Shown here: positions 13,497 through 25,500 of the stretch, piece by piece
How positions within the stretch are numbered: position 1 is the stretch's first letter
How the letters are laid out: each line of letters begins with the position of its first letter
Source of the DNA: Intoshia linei
Lineage: Eukaryota; Animalia; Orthonectida
Assembly (NCBI GenBank): GCA_001642005.1
Contig: LWCA01000004.1
Location: 60,986 to 124,985, forward strand
Direction: 5' to 3'
Length of the DNA stretch: 64,000 nucleotides
Program-made: the position numbers and the translations under genes
The notes under the pieces: model-generated
What the model was told of the DNA's origin: nothing
Databases searched by the model: none
What the model saw: the letters and a program-made list of their open reading frames with translations, nothing else

Positions 13497-16400
13497 ATGA
13501 ACGCAAAACGAAAAACTAGTGAAAATAAGATAACTATAAAAAAGATGAAGTTTGATGCAAATGAAGACAATCTATGTAATGGGAGACCGGTTGCATTACC
13601 ATCGGACAAGTTTACAATAGATTTAGATCTTAAATACTCATCCGATGTTTGTATTGGAGCCCCATTCACAAACTCACCTCAAGCTCAAAAAGAGCGAGAC
13701 AGCATAGATTATTCATACAAAATTTCGAAAAAACTAATCTTGGATAACAAAGGTTTCATTAAATTTAAATTTTTTACTTTTTAGTTAAACGTAGAGTTAG
13801 AGTTTATGCGGATGGAGTATATGACATGTTTCATTCAGGTCATGCTAGACAACTTATGCAAGCAAAGCACATGCTACCGAATTGTAATGTGTATTTGATT
13901 GTTGGAGGTAATTTATATGTTTACAGTTAAAGTAAATTATATTGGAGTATTTTTCAAATATATAAGGTTGACTGCTATGACGGGTAGGTACATTTTTTGG
14001 GGCGAATCGATAACAATAGTTTTGGATTCATTGTAATGAGATATATTTAAGGTAATTTACCACCAGTGTCGTAAAGAAATAGATATCAAACTATTCATTT
14101 TTCATTTTAAAAATTAATTTGAATTTGATGACGTTACCATATTTTTTTTATTTATTTATTTTGTATTTTTCATTTTTATTTTTGGATTAGGAAAATATGA
14201 AAAAGGCGAGTTGGTAAAATTGGATTTTTTATTTTGTGTTGGATTAAGTAGATTTTTTTGAAAAAAATTATTTCCATTTCGCAGCATCTGTCTATTCTAT
14301 AATAAATATTAAAAATTGTCCTATAAAAAAAAATTTATCAATTTTTCTTTAATATTGAATCTCACTGACTCAGGCATATAGTTTTGAACCCAATCGGGAA
14401 CCACTGATGTACTGTAATTAATTGAATCAAGTTACAAAATTAAATTATAATATTCGATGCTAACTTAAAAATATTTAGTTGTTGGGGACGCAGATACACA
14501 TCGTTTGAAAGGTAGAACTGTGATGCATGAAAAGGAGCGATTCGAATCAGTTCGGCATTGCAGATATGTTGATGAAGTTTTAACTTATGCTCCCTGGTCG
14601 ATTGATGAAGAATTTTTGAAAACAAATAAAGTAAACATTTTATATTTATTCTTTTGATTCGGAATTGAGGTACCCTTACAATCGTATTTTTTCTAATTTT
14701 GTTAAAAGTGCATTGTATTCATAAACTATGCGGCTCTCGTTTTATAGCTATATTTATAACTAATGCTTGTCTACGATATGCTTCCCAGACTTAGAAACCC
14801 GCGGATCCCAGTAAAAATATTTATTTTTAAATACAATTTGAATGTACCATCTACAATTAACAGATTCTTTTTTAGAAAGCCTCATATTTGAAAAAATGAG
14901 TAAGAGAAATCTGTAAAGATAATAGAGATATATCAACCTCTACAGTACAACACATTACCAAAACATCCATGCTCATTGAGCATTGCTCAAGAGCCTAAAA
15001 AAATTTCGTAAACGATGCGTAATACTATATAACCTCTAGTAACCTCTCCAGGGGTCTGAACAGTTTAAATTTGCTGACAACATAGTTATGATCAGGGATT
15101 GGAATTAATTAATTGCAATTAATTGGTAAAAATTATTGAAAAATAATCAATGAATTGTTTGTTCAAAAATTATTTTTCAATTAATTGAAAAATTAGTGAT
15201 TATTATGATATTACTGATACGTGGGTTGGGTTTCGAGACATTTACAAGTGGAAAGACCTCTGATGTCGAATGATGCATTATTTAATATCCAAATGAATAA
15301 AATTTTATAATACTTTGTAATAGAAAAATGATCATTACTGGAAGTCACTAATACAAATCTATTTTAAGTGAAATATTACATTTTAACGGCCCGTCAATAT
15401 TTGAAAAATGCTATGTACGTTCATACAACGGTCCATGGACCGGTCGGGCACGGATCACTGTTTACCGTTTCCGTACAAGATTATACAGTGTACATTATAC
15501 TATTATAATTACCTTTATTTAAGAATTTAAAGAAAGATTCCACGTCATTGACCCAATCAAGCCACATAAATTGTAACATTTTTTATTTTAATTACATTAA
15601 TGGGTCTGACTTTGGAACATAGTCTGTGGAACCGATTCATGATCATGCAGTTACTGAAATAATTTTTAATAAATTATTTAGATTGATTTTGTTGCTCATG
15701 ACGATATACCCTACACATCATCTGGTAATAATGATATTTATGGAGATCTCAAAAATAAAAATATGTAATTTTAAAACGTTTAAAACAGTATCTTGGGTTG
15801 AGTATATACGGGTACATAATGTTGAACTATGATAACACGTCCTGGAAAATTTAGGGTGATAAGGAGGAATTCTTATTAATTATAGTCAGGCGGTCTGACT
15901 ATAATATAATGTATATGGTCTGACTCATGTCTGCACATTGAACGTAAATTTCTAAACATTATTTATTTATTAGACACCACTGCAGTGACTAGTATTGGAT
16001 TTTATACTGACTTACATGTGTTGGTTTGGGAAATGTATATCTTCCTAACCAAAAATACATAAAAAAATTTTAACAATGAATTATTTGAAATTAAAATAAA
16101 AAAGAGAGACGAGGCTCGTTTGGATGTAATTTAAATGCCTCATAATTTTTGCTTTTATCGGATATAATATACAGTCATGTTTCGTTAATAGACAATGAAA
16201 ATAAACTAGTCTTTGTCTACTATTTTATTTTTGTTTACTAACGAAACATTATACATGTCATAGTGATATATAAACATTCATTTTAATTTACAAAATAGTA
16301 ATATGATTATAATAATAATTATTAAACTTTCGCGATCTTAAATTCGATTTTTAATTTAGTTTAATTTTTCATTTAAAGTCATATTTTTTTTCATTTTCAA

Positions 16401-18765
16401 TTTTAAACTATAATTTAAAATTAACTACAATACAACGTAAACAGTAATATTCAACTGTAATAAATATTAAGGTAGTGTTAGAGCCTCTAACACTACCACT
16501 AACTCTAACTATGCTCTAAATTAGAGCAACTGTATTATCATAAAATTTTTATTACTTTTTGATAGTGTAATACAGTAGGATGCATAAATCATCTTAACAT
16601 TTATAAAAACTTATTATTTGTTTACTAACGAAACATGACTGTATATATATTTTATTATGAAATGGAAATAAATTTTCCGGGTCTATAATCATGAGGGCCT
16701 ACTTTTTTAATTTATTAATAGGTAATGTTGGAAAATTTCTTAAGTATACTAAAATTATCCTATATTAAAATCTTCTATGCGATTTTCAACGATTATTTTT
16801 AATTGTTAGTTAATTAAAAATCGATTAAGCAATGTACAGAGTAGTGTGTTCATTAAACACTTTTCAACGTAGTTTTCATAAAAACTTACATTTCGTCGCG
16901 GGAACGAGAATGAACCACTGCATTGAACTAATAAATACAATTGTGAATAATAATACAAAGTTAGAGCGTAACTAGATTCAACTTTTTAAAAGATAATTTT
17001 TCTAGGTTTTTGCCCACCAAGAGGTCAGAATGCATTTCAACAACCGAGGTAGTTGCAGCCATTATTAAAGGCTACGATATCTATGCCAGAAGAAACCTAA
17101 AACGTGGTTACACAGCTAAACAGTTGAATATAGGATTTGTACACGTAAGTCAAAATATAATAATTTAAGTTTTTAGAATAAAAATAATTTTAAAATTTTA
17201 GGAAAAACGATTACAACTTTCAGATCAAATCGAAAACATACGAAACAAGGGTAATTACTACCGTAGACAATTTCAATCAAAAAAAGAAATTGTTTTAAAA
17301 AAATGGGAAAGAATGAGCAGCACATTTATCCAAAGTTTTGTAGACCTCTTTGAAAAGGTAATTTTTATTATGAAATTATTGAAAAATTTGTAAATAAATT
17401 ATTATTAAACTTTCATGAAATAGATAAGTATAAGTGTATTTTATTTTAAATGTAACTAGCGCATGTCAGACTACCTTTTAAAAAATAATAGTTTAGCGAT
17501 GACGATAATACACATTTAAAGTAAAATATCCTAAGTTTCTGGTGATTTATTAAAAATTTGTGTCCTGTTATAATATAACATTTTCTATTCGCGTGGGTAC
17601 ACAAATCGTTATACACCGATATGGTTCGATTGAGAAACCAATTTTACTGCCTTAAATTAATTAATTTAAATCATATTCAAGTAAAAAGTTAAATATATGT
17701 ACCATACAATGATTAAAAAGTAAGAAAAATTATTTTTTGATTACACCCATTACCTTACGGCGTAAGGCTTACGCAAAGTATATTAAAACATGTAATACAT
17801 TTTTTTATTGGATGTAATCAGAAATTTTGTAGTACTACGGTCCCTATTCTTTAAAACAATAACAATCCATTACTTACGGTCAGAGCCTAACTCACCGTAC
17901 GCCGAGACCCTCATCGGCTCTTCATTTTTTCAAATTTAGCATTAAAAAAGTTCTTGATTTTTTTATTTATTGAAATTTTTTTAGATGTCTGTTTCATTTA
18001 CAAAGTGGCCTCGAGCTTAGGTACGGTCTGCTTATGGTTTCTAACTACATTAGTCGGACAATCATTTATTTTATATTCTTTGTTCATAAATCTCAAATAA
18101 TAATTTCTAAATTCACCTTCTAATTGGGCCAGTTACCAATTTCTAAAAAAAATTAATGATCGATGGTTAAAAGCATAGATCAATAATCCATTACCACAAA
18201 TAGTAAGTGAAAAAATTTTTTCTTTTTATGGTTGAAAATATTTAAATTACAATGCAATTGAATATTCTTTTTTTTTAAAAGACGGCCCAAAATTTTTTAT
18301 AAGTATAAGATTGGATAATTTATATAATTTCAGTGTACATAGCACACTAAAAATACTCATAATTATACCTTATTAAACAAGTCCACGCATTTGGTAATTT
18401 CATTGAGGTATATTTATCAATTATTTTTTTTTGCTATTTTCAACATTTCGCCCTAATCATTAGGCTAATGACTTCTCTATTAAAGAATAAGGTTATTAAA
18501 TATTCTCGTAGAAATATTCACAAATTGTTAAAAAAAAAATATCGAATTTTAGAAATGTACTATTTTTGATATTTTTCAATAATTTTGGTAGTCGGACAGA
18601 TGGTACATATTTTGAAACGATTAAATATAAACTAAAACTAACATTTAGGGAACAAATTGGTTACATTTCGATAAAGTTGAACTTTCAAGTGATCAAAATT
18701 CCGAATCTGAATCAAATACATCAAATTCGAGTGAACCACAAAATGGAAACTACGCATCCGCCTAA
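13497..18765 (+). CDS. PCYT1: Choline-phosphate cytidylyltransferase (CCT)
   Basis: Exons 13497-13752, 13785-13907, 14479-14630, 15682-15763, 17006-17144, 17202-17357, 18649-18765. Small upstream exons 13376-13382 and 13435-13460 are possible. Motifs: [47 protein letters not shown], an amphipathic M domain and a Ser/acidic tail. Confidence 0.93.
16172..16641. mobile_element. TA-flanked Tc1/mariner-type MITE
   Basis: TIR CAGTCATGTTTCGTTA.TA.ACA / TGTTTACTAACGAAACATGACTG with TA on both sides; internal perfect palindrome at 16471-16497. Confidence 0.85.
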
Positions 18766-18794
18766 TGTTATTTTATTTTGTTAAAAATTAAATT

Positions 18795-19191
18795 TTATTT
18801 ATCACTTTTAACTGCACCGCGATGCTGAAAATGCATAAAATTTTTTCGTTGTAGAGATTCCAAATAATTGCTAAAATTGAAATAAAACAATAAATATAAA
18901 TACAATTACTCTAAATATTCCTTTGCACTCCTCCTAACTTTAACAAATCGGCAATCTCGTATATAAAAAGTAATTAGCACTATAAAACAAATTGTAACAA
19001 GAAAGTATTCCTAAATAAACTAGAATGAATCCATACATTATAAAAACGAGTACTTTAAGAAAATTTGGCGATTTATCTAAAAAAATTTAAAACAAGTAAA
19101 TTAACATTGTACTGGAATTTTTAATGCGATAAGATGCAGAAAAAATGACAACAGAGCATAAAATAATTAGAAATGAATTGATGTAATTCAT
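18795..19191 (-). CDS. Candidate small secreted/membrane protein (92 aa, 4 exons), unknown
   Basis: Exons 19191-19113, 19076-19054, 19010-18910 and 18870-18795 are joined by 36-, 43- and 39-nt GT-AG introns with matching phases. Product: MNYINSFLIILCSVVIFSASYRIKNSNKSPNFLKEYFLVTICFIVLITFYIRDCRFVKVRRSAKEYLDNYLESLQRKNFMHFQHRGAVKSDK. Confidence 0.4.
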
Positions 19192-19529
19192 TGATAGTTT
19201 ATAAAACAATTTGGTCAACTTTATTAGTAAATCTAGTTTTATTTAACTTTTACATATCAAGGTAACGAAAAAAATATATTGCAAATCAATATCGGCATAT
19301 TTTTCATCATTTAAATTTTAAATGTACCTAGTGACACGTTACCACAACCAACACAATAAATATCACATTGATTCCATTGCCATTCCAATAAAACAATCCA
19401 TTGATATTATATCGCTTTTTGAATGTTACTTTATTAATCAAAATTAAACTAGAAAAATTGAAAATTATTAAAAATTAGGTAAATTTTAAATTTACTAAAT
19501 TGGGCATCTAAATACAATGTTAATTTAGA

Positions 19530-22500
19530 ATGTTTTTGGACAGTATAAATTCGTGGTTGAGAAACCAGAGAAGAACAATCGATCAAATTTTAGATCAAGC
19601 GGATAGTTTCTTAGATAAAGTGAGATACATTTAGAATTTTGTAATTTTCATGTAGGAACAACTCAATTTTAAATTTGAATGGTTCATTAAAAAGTGTGTC
19701 GAGGTGATTGTACGGGATGTCGATAAACCAGATAAAATTTTTATTAATGTAAAGTAATCAAATGTACATTTTAATAATTTTGTCTAGTCGAAACTATTTA
19801 AAAGTAACATGTATAAATTCATTGCGCATCCTTCATTTTTAGGCATACTTGTTCACCATATTTCTGGAGACGGAAAACTTGATTATGTATGTTTTGGGAT
19901 TCATTTTTATTTTTTGTAGGATAAAATGAAGGAAATTGTACATGTTTTGTATCAACAATTTGGCGGAAATTTGTCGAGCTTTCAAAAAGTTCATTTGTGT
20001 ATTAGTTTATCTGACAGTAAAGATGAGATTATTCAAGAAATGATTTGGGATTTTATTGACACTAATATTTATAAAGTTGTATTGGAGAATATGAAAAATG
20101 GTATGTTATTTTTTTTATTGCGGCAATTTGTTCTTAGCTAAAGAGTCTGGGCTACAACCCGCTGACGAAGAAAGTTTGATGTATATATCACTTTTTCAAT
20201 GGATTAGAGCTATCAACAATTTTAGTGATGGAGATATATTTATGAAATATCTTGTCGAACGTAATTTTTAGGTCTAATATGTTTATTTCACGGGTATTTT
20301 TTTTTAATTGGCGGACCGGGTACATTAAATTTTTTTAGAAATTTTGAAAATTGTTTACAACTTCTGAAAGTACATTTTCTGTTTTGCTTTTAAAGTTGGT
20401 TTCATTTGATCAATTTTTAAATTCAATTTATATCATTTGTTTTTGACCAATTAAGTTTGTTGACCTTTGCACTGTTCATTTTTAGGTTAACACCTTCATA
20501 ATTATGATTATAATAACATATCCGGATTTTTTTTATTTAGATTCTAAATTTTAAGATCAAAGAGCGTAAGAATTTGTAATATATAAATTTCATTTTTAAC
20601 GGTGAAGCTGTCAATTTAAGAGTTTGAAACCACGATTTTATTTATCGGTGGGAAAAATGTCAATGTGTTTTTTGTACGATTCTTAATTTTTGTATGTTTG
20701 TTAGTGTGAAAAAGTTTTGGACAAAGTTTTGGTTTCAATGTGAATAAACAAGTTCTATTTTAAAAATTTATACCGAAATTATACCCATCATCTTAAACAA
20801 GATCTCATCGCTACCTATTTATGTTTTATTTATATTTTTATTATTATAGTTTACAAAACAAAATCACCTCCATTTATGCTTATTGCTTATTTAAACGATG
20901 TTGATTGTGACATTGATAAAAATAAATGGATATCACAGTTAGAACAGCAAATTACAATGCCTGATTCTTTTTATAAACAACACCTGGCTGCATTAATTCG
21001 TGAAAATGGACCAGAATGTACAAAAACGTATATATGATATTATTTTAGATTTTTATTGTATATATTAATAACCCTTAATTCAGTGGTTTCCGATTCAAAT
21101 AATGTATGAACCACCATTTCAAAATATTTATTTTTTTTGGATTGCATAGGAAGTATAATAAAAAATTAAATGTTTTTCTCATAACATTTGTTAAAATCAA
21201 AAAAATTTTTTTCAAAAAAATATTGGAAAAAGGGGATTTTTCCGTTAAGTGTGGTAAAATTGGATTTTTTATTTGGTGGTTTGATTAAATCAGAGGTGCA
21301 CAACCAACCTTTCCACCAATTCAGCCACAATGCTACTTTTTCATTGATACTACGGCGGAACAAAATTTACTTCGACTTTGAGAAAGTTTACTCTGGACCT
21401 AAATATTAGGTCTAATAAAATAGTTTTTAAATTTTAATATCAGCAAGTTTTAATTAATAATTTTCAATTAAAGTTAATCCTTAATTTACTCATATATATT
21501 AACACCATATTTGTCATTTAACTGAATCGGAATAAATAGCAATAGTAGGATTAATGCAGTGCTTCTCATGGGGGTGACTGGTCACACCAAGGGGTGAATA
21601 CGACAATTTAGATGATTGTAGGCGAATCTACAATTTTCAGCATATTTCATTAAATGATCCAATTTAATATAATCTTATGAGAAAAAACTTAAAATTTTAC
21701 CAACCCTTAAGGAAACAAATCCTATTTTACTAAATTTTTAGATCAATGATTCTTCTGACTGATTCCATAAGAAAAAACATGATTTAAAAAAAATTAGAAA
21801 AATCTCGTTATACTAATATTTTTTTGAAAAAACATTAATCATTAATTTTTCGGTAAATAATTAATTATAATTGGACAACAGAAAAAAGTTCTATTAAAAA
21901 ATGATTTGTTGATACATTAGAGTGAAAGACATAAAAAAATATGTAAATATTAATAATGAAATAAAAAAAGATATCAGTGACTGCCTTGATTTGGTGTGCT
22001 CTTTGCTAACTTTTGAGAATGTAACTTTTTGATTAAAATATTTTAAATAGACCTTGAATAAAATCTCATTTTAACTTTTTAATTTGAAGTAAAATGATAT
22101 ATTGCATCATGATCAGATGTATTGCCCACGGCCGCACATAAATGCTCTCACGACCGCACGTTGTGCACCTCTGGATTAAGTGGATATTTTTTCATAAGAT
22201 TTGGTATAATCGTGTTTTTCAAAAAAATATTGGAAAAATGGCATTTTTCCCTTAAGGATTGATAAAATTGGATTTTTCATTTTGTAATTTGATTAAGTGG
22301 ATTTTTTTCTAAGGTTTGACAATATCGTACTTTTCAAATAAATATTAGAAAAATTGGATTTTTCATTTTATGATTTGATTTTTTTCATTAGGGTTTGTTT
22401 GGTAACATCGAATTTTTCCTTGAGGATTTGAAATTGTATTTTTTATTAATATTTATTAATGGTGGGATAAAAGTGGGATTTTTGAATTAATAATGTAGCG

Positions 22501-25500
22501 GAAGTCTAGGTTGTTGGATAAATTCCCAACATCTGGCAAAAGTTAATATATTGGTGAAATTACAGCCAAATTTAAATTTAACGAACAGAAACGTCCCCAA
22601 AAATATTGTTTGATAAAAAAAGTTAACAAACAAGGAAATTATTTTATTTTTAAAAAACGAAAAACGATTTCTGATCTATTCTTTACTATTGTATCTTTTC
22701 CACTTGTAATCCAATCAACCCCAAAATTGTTATCTAAATAATATCAAGATTTTGTCCACCTGAATTATTTGGAGATCCCGGTAGTATAGAATAAAATTGA
22801 AATTTTTCAGTGATGTCTCAATACTCTCAAATATTTAAAACAATTCCGGGGTCCATATAAACCACTTTGGGATGACATGAACCAATCTAGACTAGGAATA
22901 TATATTATAAGCGGGAATAAATACATGTACTACATTACCGGTGGACGACCTATGGTAATATGTTTAACCATAATTAAATTATTAAGTTCTAATCCCTTGT
23001 AAATGAGATACAATGTAAAAAGAATCATTTAATATTTCATTTAGAGTTGCTATATTTGAACAGACTGTCCGTTATTTTTCTATGGATTCTACATTAACTA
23101 TAAATGGAATGACACAGATAATTGCGACATTAATAAGCTGGGGTACCCCAAATAAACCCATGCAAAATATACCTTTTTCGTGGATAAATCAAGATAACTT
23201 TAAAGACAATGAAAGTTCCCTTAAAACTGTAAATTGCAACACTTGGAATTTTGACAACATTGTTTGCTATTTTTTTAAAGTTGTGGTAATTGCTTTGTTT
23301 ATTTCTAAATTTAACTGAAAAATTTTAGAGACAACAAAAAAAGTCACTTAAAGAAATCATCATTAATTTTAAGAATGTTGAATTTACTTTAACTTGTCAG
23401 AATTCAATAGCAAATATGATTCAATTTATAAAACTGTGTTGTACTATTGAAGAATTTATTTTTCCAATACGATTTTTATTTGATAAATGGTTATCTCATC
23501 AAGCACAGGTATATTTTTAATTTGATATTTTTTTAAATGCTCTTTAGAAAATATTAATTGAACACTTAATTATTAATCCCAAGTGCGTAAATTGGGCATA
23601 TACAGACGTTCACTGTATTTCTGAAGAATACTTGGAAAAATATTCAGTGAATGAAAACTATCAAGAACATGCAGCTTGGAGATCGATAGATTTGGTACAA
23701 TTCTTATTTAAATGCTGCAATGATGAAATAAACACAAACGATGTAAGATTATTGCTAACTACGGCAGAAGAGAAATGTCCAGGAATTTTACTAATAAGCT
23801 TGATCCAATCAAACATACCATGGACGTCTTTAAAATATGAAACTGTATGTCATTGTATTTACTATTTATATGGTAGAGATTACGTGACAAATGTTATATG
23901 TGTTGTGTGGGAATATATGAGTAGAAACACTAGCTGTGAAGATAAAAAAGTTTCTTCTAAATTGAAGGAATTGCTATTATTTGTTTTCTCAAAATGGTTT
24001 AACGAAGGCGTTCAAAATGGAGACGTCAACAAAAGATTATGCTACATCAATGACATTTTTTTAAAGCTAAACATTTTACCCTTGGTTATTGCATCAAAAT
24101 TTTGTCATTTAGTTTTGGGTATAGCATGTATGTCGGCGGAAAAGGACATTAAAAGTTTCTATGGTTGGCTCAATAATACATTTACGGAAAATGAAGAATT
24201 TGCTATTAGTACTTGCCTACAGTTTATACAACTAATGTGCCCGCAATTGATGCAAAAAAACAAAGCTACTTACCCTGAAAAATACTATGGTATGCCATTG
24301 AAAATTGTCATTACAATATTAACGTGCATTTTGCAGAAACAAGTAAATATACGAAACGAAACGTTTTATACATGCTATGTAATTTATGAAAATATGGAAA
24401 CATTTTTTTCTCCACTGTTTGGCACCGAAAAAGGAACTGAAGCAGAGGCATACTTTTTAGACTTTAAGTCTACCTTTTTGCATATTATAGCCAATTTTTC
24501 CAAACACAATAGTAATGATGAATACAAAAAGGAACCGCTCTGTCAAAATAATAATGTTTATGAAAAATTGCCATCGGATGGTTATAAAATGTCGCCAAAA
24601 GTTACGTACATGAATAATAATCCGCAATTTGATCAAGCTTTTCGAAATATGGAAGAATATAAAAAAGTTAATATTAACCCGGTTGCTATACCTTTAGCTG
24701 TTCGGTCAGTGACTTATCCAAAGAAACAAACTACTTATCTTCAGCAATTTAAAAATTCCTCTAGAAACGATATCGACCAAACGCAAAGTGCTGTCAATAA
24801 TTTTAATATTCAAAATACTCAAATGCATCATAATGAATATATGAGTAATTTTTTAGTTCTAGTATGATTATTATTATGTATACGAACCTTTGTAATTTCA
24901 GGATTTCATCACATTTACATGTCAGGGTTTATATGCTGAGGGAACCCAAAATTTAAAATTTTTATTTTTTTATTAGTTTATTTGAGTTTTAATTTATTTT
25001 TCGATTATGTCCAAAATAATCTCATTTTTCTTTACGATTTAAATAAAAATTTCAGATTACGTACCTCTTAACAAGGTTGATTTCCCCCCTGTTTTGAATA
25101 TAAATGTTATAAAAGTGTAATTATTGAGATTAAAATTGAAACCTGGCCTAGAATATTTTTTTTGATAATTATAATTAATAGCACCTATCCACAATATAAT
25201 ATTAAATCCGCGGTTCCCGAATCAAATAGTATGGACCCCCATTTCAAAATATTTATTTTTTTTATCCAAAAGAAACATGAAATATGAAACATTTATGAAA
25301 AAATTAAAAGTTGTTGGCTCATAAGATTTAGTAAAATCGGATTTTCAAAAAAATATCGGTAAAAGTTTATTCTTAGGGTTTTTAAGGTTTGAAATGGTAT
25401 TTTTTATTAAATTTTATTAATAGTGGATAAAAGTGGGTTTTTTTAAATAATAATGTAGCTGGTAGTCTAGGGTTTGAGATAAATTGACAACATCTGATAA

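Noticed and set aside
17615-17645. GGTTCGA T-loop-like motif suggesting a tRNA
   Set aside because: There is no cloverleaf, and the context matches a hAT MITE terminus (TTGAGAAACCA).
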